Origin: Octopus sinensis
Lineage: Eukaryota
Reading direction: 5' to 3'
Assembly (NCBI RefSeq): GCF_006345805.1
Contig: NC_042998.1
Location: forward strand, 79,484,001-79,548,000
DNA length: 64,000 bases
Position 1 is the stretch's first letter, and the number at the start of each line of letters is the position of its first letter. Shown in pieces: positions 1 to 12,968 of this stretch. The notes under the pieces are model-generated. The model was given only the letters and a program-made list of their open reading frames with translations. It had not been told where the DNA came from and did no database searches. The position numbers and the translations under genes are program-made.

Positions 1-475
1 ACATCTGATGCTTCTTATGTCCAGCATTTTTCTCAAGGCACTTACACTCTGTCATGTGTGCACACTGACATTATACATCCAGCAGATAATGCTAGCTTCA
101 TTTCTTTTAAGCCTATGTATGTCCTCTGCAGTCACAGCCCATGTTTCACTGCCGTGTAGTATGGCAGTTTGCATACATGCATCATACAATCTACCTTTCA
201 CTCTGAGTGAGAGGCCCTTTGTCATCAGTAAAGGTTGGAGCTTTCTGAACTTTGCCCAGCCTATTCTTATTCTAGAGGCAATGCTCTCCAAGCATCCACC
301 CTCATTACAGACTTGGTCAAGCAGGTAGAGGAAGCTATCAACTACATCTAGTTTCTCCCCCTGGCATATGATGGAATCAGTTTTCTGAGCATCTGTGGTG
401 TTTATTGCCCCTGTGCATCTGCTGCACACAAAAGCTATCTTCCCAGTTAACCTTCCTTTGATGCTGCTGTACCTC
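1..475 (-). mobile_element. RTE-clade LINE fragment (C-terminal part of the RT ORF), decayed
   Basis: ORF 52..570 contains KLDVVDSFLYL..GGCLESIASRIRIGWAKFRKLQPLLMTKGLSLRVKGRLYDAC..ILHGSETW, the typical post-RT region of RTE elements; homologous to 12190-12968 and 62850-63480 in this window. Confidence 0.9.
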
Positions 476-2273
476 TTATGCATCCCAAGAAAAGTGAATG
501 TTAAAATGACAAGGTTATATATGACCATCATTTTGTTTTTTGCTTCCCGTCTTTCTCCTTCCACACACAACCATGAAGAGAACGTGGCTTACTGATGTGG
601 TATTGTATGCCTTGATGTCCTTTCTGTCAACTAATCTTATCTGTGCTTCAAGTAATCACAATGAAGGTACTGAGCTACAGGATGTATAAAATGTTTTTTT
701 TCTCTTTTCTTACTTGTTCTGCTTCAGAGTCAATTCAGTAATATAAGAATCTGTCTTATGTTTTACTTGTGGTGCAGCATTGTGCAACTTGCACTGATGG
801 AATATAAACTCACAGCTGTTCCCAAAAGGTTGACATGCTATCAACTCAAGTTTCTTGTAACACTTTTATAATGGCAAGATGATAACTATTTTTATCATTT
901 CGGTTACATTTAGACTGGAGGATTAGCAGAATCATTAGAAACAACAGACTGCCTTCCAGTATTTCTTCCCAGTCCTTTACATTCTCAGTTGAAATCCAAA
1001 ATCAACTTTGCTTTTTATCCCTTCCAGGGTCAATAAAAAAAAGTAGCAGTCAAGCACTAGGGTTGATATACTCAACTGTTCTCCTTCCTCCAAATTTCTG
1101 TCCTTGTGCCTATGTTAGAAATATTATTTAGGTTAAATTAGTAGTAGTGAGAGATCATAAGTGTAGAAGAAAAGCCAGCTATGGTAATTTGCTTTGAGCT
1201 TCTTTACGAAGAATGTGACTCATGTGATGATAATCAACCCAAACTGAAATAGTTACATTAATGTTAACTAGAAAAACAACTAGACACCACTCTACTAATA
1301 CTGGCCTGGTTCTTGTTATTTAGCCCAAAATCAGCCTGGATTAAGCAGACCTATAATTAAATGCATTCCAACCAATTTATTTTTTATTTTTATTTTTTTG
1401 AAGTTTGATATGTGATCCAGAATATGCAATATTAAAGATGTCTCTCTCACACGCGTGCATCCATGTATGCATGCGTGCGTGTGTGATTGAGGATGATTTG
1501 TTTGCGGTTTCAAGCAGGTCAAATAGCCAAAGGCCTCCTTGGCTCATACTGGCCTGCGGTGTTATGAAGTGTCATAGTTATGTAGTTTCCATGACACTTT
1601 CACATCCAATTGGATATGAACAGGTGCATCTATATACATTTCCGATATGGAAATAAACAACACTTGAAATATTATATACAGGCATTTGTGTACATGTATC
1701 TGTACATAACATATTGTAACACTACATGTGGCCAGCAAAAAAAAAAAAATTTACAGCTGTAGCAACAATCATAAAAGTCCATTGGAAATAACTTTCCCAC
1801 ATCTGGTCCTGGTTCCTGACAATAAGCTGAAGCATATTGAATAAAATGCATCAACAGGATACACAACAAAATTTTTGTCCTAAATTTATATGCTGTTCAA
1901 GTACTGAAAATTTTCAGAGACAACTATTAAAAGAAGGAATCTGTGCCAATGTTTGTCTAACAGAATTCTGACACTCTGGAAACAAGTTAAAAACGAATGA
2001 CTGGTAAACAGAAGCTTGTTGAGTAAACTCAAATGAGACTAGGTTAAAAATACAAATACGACCTATGAAGAAAAACTAGTATTTAGTATTACTAGTTGTC
2101 TCAGAGAATAGAAATGTAAACGGTTCAGAAAATTTCCAGTATTTGAACAGAGTGTAAATCTAGAGCAAGAATTTTGTTGTGCATCCATTTAGTGATTTAG
2201 TTCTTAGTTCTACAGGATCAGATCTAGGAAGCTTAACTACTGTAGACTAGCACCTATCCAGAGGGAGGATTAG

Positions 2274-2308
<35 letters not shown>

Positions 2309-5299
2309 CTGCTTAATGTTATTAAACTGGAGCTAAGCACTAGCATTATTAGTCTTTTTAACCATTTCATGACCATATAATATCCATGTTTTTCAATTTA
2401 TTTTGAAAATAATCCAGAATTTTGAAGGATTTAATAAAATAACCTTTAATTACCTTTAGTAGCCAATCTACCCATCTATGATGGTGGCATAAAATGAGGG
2501 AGGGAAATCATAACAGCAGTATGTATTGAAAAATGTGTAAATAGACTTGGTAGATTACTAGGTGATATCTTACAGAAATCCCATTATTGTTGGTGATACA
2601 GCATTCTATTGCAGCTATATGACATGTGTTTGCGACTAAGTGACATGTGATGATGATTCACTCCCAAACTGAAATAAGCTCCTAGCCTCTGTATCCTGAA
2701 TGGTTATGGGGACCACACCTAACGAAAGCCACAACGTCCTTCGACCACTACATAAAGAGTATTAAGAAAAAAATGTTATTTAGATATACTTTTATTTTAG
2801 TTGTTTACACTATTTTACACTTGTTTTATACATTCAAAGTTCACAAATGTCCTTATTTAAATTGTGAATCATTCCTTTTGATAATATCAATATGATTACA
2901 AAACTTTTTTGTAGACGATATTTTCTGTTTGGTCAACACTAATTTTCAAATTACTGGAGTCTGTTGCCCTACTCATAGCAACGTATAACCGGCTGTGTGT
3001 AAACATCAGAATGGGTAAAAGTACACCTATACGGTCTGAAGTCTGGCCCTGTGCCTTGTCTGCTGTGAATGCGCAAGCAGAATCTTTAGTAATCTGCCCA
3101 TCTACGATGAGAAATAAAGGGATAGTATTGCAAATCCAAACCCTCTAAATTCACAAACTATAGGGGCAGGGAATCCAAAGTTAATCCTTGTCACCGGAAT
3201 TTTAACAAAAAAAAAAAAATCAAAGGCAATTTATTAACCCAAAACCCAATGTCCACTAAAAATCATACTTTTTCGCATTTTTTCCTGATTACCTCCTTAG
3301 TAATCCTGAAAAAACATCATGACCAGCCATTTGGCCGTGAAAAAAGAACAGACATAATGCCCATTATAGTGAGAAGTTGACTTCCCATCATTTCTTTTAC
3401 TAAGTTATCTCCCCCTTAATTTTTATTTACTTTTTTACACCTGGAAACTGACCAGTTACCTTCAATATCCACTAAATAATAATTTTTTTTTTTTTTTTTT
3501 TTTGCTAAATACCTTCCCGATTACCTCCTTCATAATCCAAAAAAACATCATGACCATTGGTCCAGCTGTTTGACTATGAAGAAAGCACAAACAGACAGAC
3601 GTAATGCCCATTATAGTAAGATTAAATACGTTTGGAACATAACAAAAAGGACTAAAATTATGATGGAAAGTTTAAATTAAAATATGAGTTATTTCATTCA
3701 TAACAGAACCAGTGTCAGACAGGTTGGTATCGCGCATTTAAATGATTATTAATTTTTACTAAATGTTGAACAGGTGAGATTAATAAACAAAATAAAGTCT
3801 CTGAAGGAAAAAGGATTCAGAATTTAAAGTTAGCAAGGGGGAAAGTACAATGAATCACAGTAGTCTAAGGTGAGCTGTTCAACTATACCAAGCCCAATAT
3901 GCAAAAAAAGAAAAATATTACCACTGATTTATAAGGGTTTTTCACATTGATTAGACTACAAATTTAAGGAGTGGATGTAGTTGAATGAAATAAGCCCAGT
4001 AAATTAGTATTCATTTACTGCAAAAAACAGACAATAATTTTAAGTATTTATATAGCCTGAGCACTTTCAAATTTGCCATTCCAATACCTTATCAATGCTT
4101 TATCGAGGATTAATAATATTCCTACAATAAGAAATCCTTTGTGAAAATAAAAAACACCAATGTCCTTATTAATGGTACAAATTATTTATGGTACAAATGG
4201 AAAAGATTAAAATTAAAATCATCAGAGTAGTCACTGAGAAACTGGTTTACAAATTTGAAAAGAAAAAGCAGATAAATTATCAGAAAGTAAGTATATGACA
4301 GAATGTTCTTCAACTGTAGAAGTAACAACAAAAGCCTTCTGTAATATTTGTGCAATAATTAGGATTTGATACCAAGACAGCCTTTGAAGAATAACTATTT
4401 CTTAATGTCCAAAATAAGTAACCTATATTGAAATTGCCTTTTAGACATATAGCAAACATGGCAATGGGCACAATTAATAAACATGCAAGCATTGTTTATA
4501 AATGATAACCAGACCTGCATTAGCAATACATTTATACTCATTTGGTCTCCAAAGATTACTCTTGACATAAAATTATTTTAACTGTGACACATGTTGCCAG
4601 TGTATGTTACAATATATACAGCAGAACACAATGGTTGTCAGATATTTTTCACTGGTGGCATTCCTTAATTATACATCTTAATAATACAGCAATCTTATGT
4701 TTTTGTAAAAGTGAGAGAAAAAGAAAAATAATGTTGAATAAAAAGAAAAATTAATATTCATTATTTTAGGTTTATTAAGATCACTATCATCATCATTTAA
4801 TGCCCATCTTCCATGCATGCGTGAGTAGGACCAGCCAAGTTGTAAACAAGATGCTTCACAATTTTAACTCATATCCAACTACAGTCAAGGTTCAAATTTG
4901 GTAAGATAGACTTAGGCTTTCATCATTCTAAAGTTGATGAAAAATATACCAGCCATGTAATGAGGGTTATTTTAACTGACTACATACCTACCAAATATGT
5001 CTATAATCTTATGCCTATGTTTGGAAACCATCGTTATTTAATGTTAAGAATCTTGCAGCACTCTACTTGTGGCTCCCGACAAATGATATATTCAGATAAA
5101 AAATAGAAATTTTAATTGAAGAACTAAAATTTTTCAATAATACACCCAACAACATTTATTACAATTTGCTTTTAAGAAATGGCTGACTACAGTCCACTTA
5201 TATAATCTCTATTGCTTTTAACCAATGTTGTCTGCCCCTTAAATATGATATTTTTAAAAAAATCATAACTATCACTGAATTGCATATAATAATATTAAG

Positions 5300-5525
5300 A
5301 AATTGCTAAGGCAGCAAGCTGCCAGAAACGTTAGCACGCTGGGCAAAATGCTTAGCGGTATTTCGTCTGTCTTTACAATCTGGCTTCAAGTTCTGCCAAG
5401 GTTGACTTTGCCTTTCATCCTTTTGAGGTCGATAAATTAAGTACCAGTTGCATACTTGGGTCAATCTAATCAACTGGCCCCCTCCCCAAAAATTTCGGGC
5501 TTGTGCCTAGAGTAGCAAAGAATAT
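5300..5525 (+). mobile_element. SINE-like repeat (family B: ctaaggcagcaagctgccagaaacgttagcac...ttgactttgcctttcatcc...gataaattaagtaccag)
   Basis: Related copies at ~905-1130, ~26420-26575 (minus), ~28570-28680 (minus) and ~53465-53660. Confidence 0.7.
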
Positions 5526-5703
5526 TAAGAAATTGCTATTACATCTGAATAGTTTTATTGTAAACCTCGTTATCAATAGATTAGCATTTTCACTGTTTAC
5601 AGCTGCTGGCAGAAGTGTAAATAGCTTTAACACCTCCTTAGATAACTTTAGTAGGGTTCACTCTATTACATACACTCTTGTCTGATAACTTTCACTCACA
5701 GCC

Positions 5704-5748
5704 TCACAAACTTTGAAGAAGGTCATAAGTTTTCCTTTTCTCCTTTGA
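5704..5748 (-). CDS. Candidate terminal coding exon (SKEKRKTYDLLQSL*) of an unidentified host gene
   Basis: Long polypyrimidine tract plus CAG acceptor (plus-strand 5749-5780); phase 0 matches the phase-0 donor of the exon at 7853-7971; ends in TGA at 5704-5706. Confidence 0.6.
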   Translation of the reverse strand, partial: SKEKRKTYDLLQSL

Positions 5749-6159
5749 CTGATCCATTGAAAGAAAAAAGAAAAAGACTAGTAGTAAACCATGTGAGTAA
5801 ATGTGGGGAAACACACTTTTGAAACTTGTATTGCCTAATTACACAAAGTGCCCCAACAGGAAACACAAAAACGACAGCATCTGAATAAATTAGGACAGAC
5901 TACATAAAAATCAGTCTGGGCAGAAGACAGAAAGAAGTGGGTGAAAAAATGAAAGCTTCCTTCTTATTTCACAAAGAACAGAATTTTAAAGAAAAATTAA
6001 ATGCGAATCACTTAAGAGGTTGGATTCACAGATCTCATACTGGAGTAATGTTGTACCTCTACTTTGATAAACAGTTTGTTTCTTTAGTGTTTGTGCATAT
6101 GCATTTTGCAACTAATTTTAGGAAAGTGTTTTTATTTATTTTATGGTTTATTATCATCA

Positions 6160-6810
6160 TCATTTAACGTCCATTTTCCATGCTGGCATGGGTTGGATGG
6201 TTTGACTGAGGTCTGGAAAGCCAGTAGCTGCACCAGGCTCCAACCTGACCTGCGAATGTTTCTACAGCTGGATGCCCTTCCTAATGCCAACCATTCCGAG
6301 AGTGTAATAGGTGCTTTTTACATGCCATCAGCACAGGAGCATGTCAGGCAGCCCTGGCATCGATCACGCTCAGATAGTGCTTTTTACATGCCGCCAGCAT
6401 GAGCCTAGTCAGGGGGCATTAGCATCAGCCATGTTCGGATGATGATTTTTATGTGCCACGGGCACGGGAGCCAGTCAGAGGACATTGGCCACAGCTACAT
6501 TTTGGTTTTACTTGTCTCAACAGGTTTTTTCAAGCATATCATATCGCCTGATGCACCAAGGGTACTTTTAAATGAGCCAGACATGCAACACTGGCATCTG
6601 CCATGGTTGCAATCTCACTTTAGTTGCCAGGTCTTCTCAATCACAGCATATCTCCATAGGTATCAGTCTCCTGTCATTGCTTCTGTGAAGCCCAACATTT
6701 GAAAGTCATGCTTCACCAGCTCATCCCATGACTTCCTGGGTCTACCTCTTCCACAGGTTCCTTCCACAATTAGAGTGTGGAACACACAGCTGTCCTCATC
6801 CATACGTAAC
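6160..6810 (-). mobile_element. 5'-truncated RTE LINE (end of ORF plus 3' UTR with (GAT)n tail)
   Basis: Minus-strand ORF reads VLRMDEDSCV..TLIVEGTCGRGRPRKSWDELVKHDFQMLG; the 3' UTR matches 63481-63926. Confidence 0.85.
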
Positions 6811-7502
6811 ACACACGTTTTTGTTGTGTATATGTATACATACACACACATACATATATAATTTGTGAGTTTTCATATTTTATCTAGTTTCTTGATGCTG
6901 AATACTATATGCATGGCAGGATGCTGTGTTGGAACAGACCTTTCCAACTTGTACCAGCACAGAAAACAATGATGATGATGTAAGCTGTATGATGCATTAG
7001 AGTGTAGTGTTTTGATATCTTTAGTGTTAATCAGGCTGGTAATTTCAGTTATACTGTAAGGATTGTACATTTTTATATTGCCATGAGATATGCGTCTTTT
7101 TGCATGCTTCTACAATTATTTAGTTGAACTGTATGTATTGCAGTATCTACATTTGAGACCATGTTAACTGTAATTTTGTCTTATGACAAAAGTAGTTCAA
7201 CCAAACTTTTCAAGTTCAAGAAAGTGTCTGTTTACCCACTGATTGTGTGGGTATGTGTGTGTTGTTGTTGTTGTAGTCCAAGGGATTTGGAGCAATGTTA
7301 GCAATACTGTTGTAGTAGCAAAGTGTGCAGAAGTTGAATAGTTTTTCATAAGGCATGTGTATTCATTTTTATTTGTGCTGTTTACCACAAAGGACATTTA
7401 GCTGTGATATGGTGTTTGTTATTGTTTTTGTACCAGAATGGGTCACCTACAATGAAGTTTTTCTTAACATGTTTGAAAGTGTGTTAAGGCATGTTATAAG
7501 CA

Positions 7503-7543
<41 letters not shown>

Positions 7544-7852
7544 CAGGGAGGGTCATGAGGTTGGTAGTGAAGTATGTACGTTTCATGCTGCTGGTTTTTA
7601 TCTTGAATACAAACATTTTCAATGTTCTAGAGATCTATTGGTCTTCAAGTTTATCTTTGTATCGGTTGCATGACATAAAGTGTTTGCAGTGGTATGTTGT
7701 GTTGGGGATGCAACTTTGTTTCTTGATCATTGCTAGGTGACTGCTTGATGAGGGTTTTTAATTGCACTATGGTGTTATTTTATGCTGTTTACGTTGTGGT
7801 ATAAGTAAATATAGCATTTTTGAGCTATGATTATGCAGTTAACATTGGTTAC

Positions 7853-7971
7853 TTTTACTGTTAAAGTTTGTGTGATGTGCTTGAGTTTTGTTTTAATTGT
7901 ATTATATATGGCAAGATCATTATTGAAGCTGAGGACTTCATTAAGAATTTTATAACAGTACTTCCACATTC
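7853..7971 (-). CDS. Candidate internal coding exon (xMWKYCYKILNEVLSFNNDLAIYNTIKTKLKHITQTLTVK) of the same gene
   Basis: cccag acceptor and AAA|gtaacc donor; 119 nt = 2 + 39 codons, open and protein-like; donor phase 0 fits the exon at 5704-5748. Confidence 0.6.
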
Positions 7972-8534
7972 CTGGGATGCATTATGTTGTAATTCAAGAC
8001 ATATTTAGGGGCATTTTGTGTATTTTAATGTCGTGAGAGAGAGGGGGAAAGAGGGGAGGTGAAGGAGGGAGAAATAGGGGTACGAGGAGGGGTGGAGAGC
8101 ATACTGGGATGTTCTTACCCTTTTTATTGCTCTTGAAAAGGCAAATTAAAAATATGTGTAAGAGAGTAGAAACAGACAGACAATATGAGTAATAGCAGAT
8201 ATATTCAGAAAAGAATAGAGTGTAAAATGAAATGAACCTGTACTGAAAAGACTGAAGAAAATAGGACATGAAGCTAATTATGGGGAGAATAAGGAAGAAA
8301 CGTTGATAGAAAGGATTCTCAACGACATCAACAATAGCAGTTTAAAAGCTGAACTGAACAAAAAAGCAAGGAGAGGAAACGCTGACCATTAGGTCGTATC
8401 ATGGGTGGCACTGACTACTGTGTGTTTATCTAACACCACGGCAACAAGAAAGTTATGCCTGTCCTCAAACTATTTCAGTATAGTTTTGAGCGTGTAATGA
8501 GTATGTACAGAGATAGAGAGGCAGGCTACCATAC

Positions 8535-8564
8535 TTGATGTAGTGAGCCAAAAATAATTTTGAA
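8535..8564 (-). CDS. Possible upstream micro-exon (xQNYFWLTTS) of the same gene
   Basis: ttatttcag acceptor and A|gtatgg donor; the phase-1 end fits the phase-1 start of exon 7853-7971; an alternative donor/frame also exists. Confidence 0.35.
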
Positions 8565-11500
8565 CTGAAATAACTCTAACAAGTCATTAATATCGTTTTC
8601 GTTTCAAAGTGGCAAGGGAGAGAACTCGAGAAATTTCATCTGACACAAAACTGAAATACGTAGTTAAACAGAATTGGATACGTCTGAACTTTTGGTAGCG
8701 TATGTGTGTCTGTGGAATGCTCAAGTCTTTCGCACGTTAATTTCACGAGTAGGCAGTTCCACTGATTGCATCAACTGGAACATTCTTCGTCATAACCGAC
8801 GGAGAGCCGATTTTTTTTTTGTTGCTTTGTTTTTAACTGGTGTGACAATTTTGGATATGCTTTAGTTTCGTCCTCAGCAAAACAGTCAATACAAAGCTAC
8901 CAAGACCTCACAACTAATAAACATTACACAAAAATCGTGGGTGTGTGGTTGAGAAGTCTGCTTCCCAATCATGGTTTCAGGTTCAGTCCCACTGCATGAC
9001 ATCTTGGGCAAGTGTCTTCTACTATAGCCTCAGACAGACTAATGCCTTGAAAGTGGATTTAGAAAACAGAAATTGAAAGAAGCCGCGTGCGTGGGTGCGT
9101 GTCCTGACATCTCATGGAGGTTGTAAGTGAAGGCCATTCATTTCCAATATTCTCTGGAAATTGGCCATGGGGGAAAATTAGCTGGATCTTTTCTTTTTGA
9201 AAGCCAGATTTTTCAGATTTTTCTAGTTAACTAAATAATTTGAAACTTCGTATACTGGTAGAATGTGTCAAAAGAAAACAATAATTTCAACTAGTTTTTT
9301 TGACAAAAATGTATTTTATAAGTTTATACGTAGTTTAAATCTGCGAGTTTTAACCAATCGTATTCTCTGTATTCATTTGAAATTATTTGCTCCGTCTAAA
9401 CATATTGTTACTGTGACGTAAACAGCACACACGTACTGTTTACTTTGGATGAATAATAAACACATATTCAGTGTTTTTGTATAGGTTTCGGGTGTTTTCT
9501 CTATACAATGTATATAAAACAGAGAGAGAGATGGGTGGAAAGAAATGATTCTGTTCTAAACATAGAAAACAAGCTCCTAGGTGCTTGAATTTCCAATTCC
9601 ATCTGCTCCTGCTGTTCACATCATTTACGGCTCTATATTTCTCTCTCACTACCAAAACATGAGTTTACAAATATTTTAGATTTCATATAAGGTAATTAAT
9701 ATACATTAAAATTTTTATGCAGAAGAACAAGATAAAAATAAATAACATTAAAAAAAAGCAGGAAAAAAGCAAGTCTTAGAATATTCCAAACAGTTAAAAG
9801 TATATAGCTACCACAGATAAAGGTATAAAAGAGTGGATCAGGTCATAAGCCACAACACATAAAGCATAGTAAAACAATAAATCCGTAGATAAACGAGAAA
9901 TAGGGAGATGTAGAGTGAGTGGAAGAGAGAGAGGGTTGCAAAGTGACAGAGGTCAGGGTACGTAGTAGTGGATATAGTGACTGACAAAAAGATGGGAGAG
10001 ATATCATGGCAGATCTAAGAGGGTGTTCAGAGGAAAGGAGCATTCAGTGGAAAATAAAGTGATAAGGGAGGATATTGAGAATGCAGGTGGGTGACAAAGA
10101 GATTCCAAAGAGAGAAAGATAAATGGTAGTACAAAGGAAGGTGGGGGTGAAATATTTAGTCTGCTCTCATAATTAAAGCTGCTCAGTAAATGGCACCGTA
10201 GATAGATAAGTGATGGAGGGCTGGGTGTTAGGAAAATGAGCTGTGGGAAAGGATCGGCAAGTACAGATTGGATGCAAGGATACAGACATAAATATGCTTT
10301 TAGGACTTCATTTATTTTTGCTAAGATAAATAGATCATAAGCAGAGAGAATTATCACCACCATCATTATTTAACACCTGTCTTCCATACTGGCATGGGTT
10401 GGATGGTTTGACAGGAACCAGCCAGGTAGGAGACTACACCAGGCTACTGTGTCTATTTGGCATGGTTTTTATGGCCAGATGCCCTTCCTAACACCAATCA
10501 CTTCATAGAGTGGACTGAGTGCTTTTTACATGGCACCAGCACAGGTGAGGTCACTTTTGGCATCACCATCATCCTTCAATCAACCTATGGTTGGTTGGAA
10601 CTTTTGACACAGTTTTTACAGCTGGATGCCCTTCCAAATGTCAACCACTGCACAGAATCACCAATTATTTCAACCCATTGTCATTTCTCCCATGAGACGA
10701 TCTGAGGTTGGTCTTCACTACTTCATCCCAGGTCTTCCTCTTCCACAGGTTCCATTCACATTTAGCAATCGTTTTAATGTCCACTTTTCCACATTTGCAT
10801 GGATCACACAGATATTACTGAGACAGATTTTCTATGGCTGGATACCATTCCTCTCACCAACTTTCACCTGTTTCCAAGCAAGGTAATATTTACCCACAGC
10901 CAGACATGTTTCCACAGATTATTGAAAAATGAATGAGATTTAATTTACAACAATTACATGATGTCATGACAAGAAGTCAAAAACATACACACACAAACAA
11001 ATACAATAGACTTGTTTCAGTTTCCATCTCCCAAATCTACTTGAAAAGCATTGGTCAAGCTAGGGCTATTATAGAAAATACTTGCCCAGGGTGAATACGA
11101 GACTGAACCTGAAACTATGTGGTTGCAAAGACAGGTATGAATGCATTCAGTTAGAGTTTCTGGCTATTCAATTTCAGAGAGGAAATTCATTACAAAACAG
11201 CTTTTTCTAAAAATAAACTAACAATAGCTCAAACTGTCAGTATTCAATAAATTATTTGCTACTGGACAATATGTTGAGGAAATACATTTTTATTTATTTC
11301 ATTGTTATTAGGAAACAGGCCTGCTCTCTATAGAGTATCTATATAGATAAAAGAAACCTAATAATAGGAAAATATATTTATGAAAGATAGTCTGAATAGA
11401 CTAGAATCTGATACCAGGGATGAACACTCGCAGATTCAAAAGATATTTGAAAGACCATCAGCCTTAAAGTTGGTGGTCAGATATGCATTGAAAAAAAAAA

Positions 11501-11659
11501 AACACAAAATACAGTAATACCTGGGTGAGATATATTCTTAGTGACAATTGTGAAACTAGAAGAGATTAAATTTGACAAAATAAAAACCTGCTTAACATCA
11601 GTAAATTAAGGGAAGTTCCAAGGGAAAAGTCCAAATCAGTCTATATAACACATTGTTTT

Positions 11660-12968
11660 ATCATCATCATCGTTGTCGTTTAACGTCCGCTTTCCATACT
11701 GACATGAGTTGGACAATGACCGAGGACTGGCGAGCCAGAAGGCTGCACCAGGCTCCAGTCTGATCTGGCAAAGTTTCTACAGCTGGATGCCCTTCCTAAC
11801 GCCAACCACTCCAAGAGTGTAGTGGGTGCTTTTACATGCCACCGGCATGAGAGCCAGTCAGGCGATTCTGGCAATGACCATGCTCAAAAGATGTTTTTTA
11901 CATGCTATCTGCACACGAGCCAATCCGGTGGCACTAGCAATAACTACACTCGAATGTTATTTTTCACATGCTGTTAAGGCGACACTGGCAAAGATCATGC
12001 TCAAATGGTGCTTTTTATGTGCCACAGGTACAGGAGCCAATTTGAGGCCCTGGCAACAATCACGCTTGGATGTCCTCTTAACGTTCCACTGGGACAAGTG
12101 CAAGTCAGGCGGTACTGTCATCGGCCATGTCAGCAATTTTGATTTCACTTGCCTCAATAGGTCTTCGCAAGCAAATTTTATTGTCCAATGAATGAGGGGT
12201 ATAGGTGGGCTGGTTACATCCATTGGCATAGGCCATGGGCTGTGGTCTCACTTGGCTTGTCGGGTCTTCTCAAGCACAGCATATCTCCAAAAGACTCAGT
12301 CACTAGTCATTGCCTCGATAAGGCCCAATGTTCAAAGGTCATGCTTCACCACTCATCCCAGATCTTCCTGGGTCTACCTCTTCCATAGGTTCTCTCAGCA
12401 GCTAGGGTGTGACACTTTTGCACATAGCTGTCCTCATTCATTCACAACACATGACCATACCAGCGCAGTCGTCTCCCTTGCACACCACATCTGATGCTTC
12501 GTAAATCCAACTTTTCTCTCAGGGTGCTTCCACTTTGTCGTGTATGCACACAGACATTACTCATCCAGCGGAGGATACTGGCTTCATTCCTTACAAGCTT
12601 ACGCATGTCCCAGCAGTCACAGCCCATGTTTCACTGCCATGCAGCATGGCTGTTCATACACATGCGTCATACAGTCTACCTTTTACTCTGAGCGAGAGGC
12701 CCTTTGTCACCAGCAGTTGTAGGAGCTCTCTGAACTTTGCCCAGGCTATTCTTATTCTAGCAGCTACACTTTCAGCGCATCCACCTCTGCTACTGACATG
12801 GTCCCCTAGGTAACAGAAGTTATCAACTACTTGTAATTTTTCTCCTTGAAATATAACAGAAGCTGCTCTCTGCACATTTTCAGTGTTTATAGCACCTGAG
12901 CATTTGCCACATACAAAAACTATCTTCCCAGTTAGCCTTCCTTTGATATTGCTGCACCTCTAGGTACA
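11660..12968 (-). mobile_element. 5'-truncated RTE LINE, decayed
   Basis: ORF pieces 12654..12875 and 12442..12627 (SVAARIRIAWAKFRELL..GLSLRVKGRLYDACV; LRWYGHVL), full 3' UTR, and a (TCA)n tail at ~11660. Confidence 0.9.

Noticed and set aside
2645-2672. C/D-box snoRNA-like ATGATGA...CTGA
   Set aside because: The boxes are only about a dozen nt apart, with no terminal stem or guide region.
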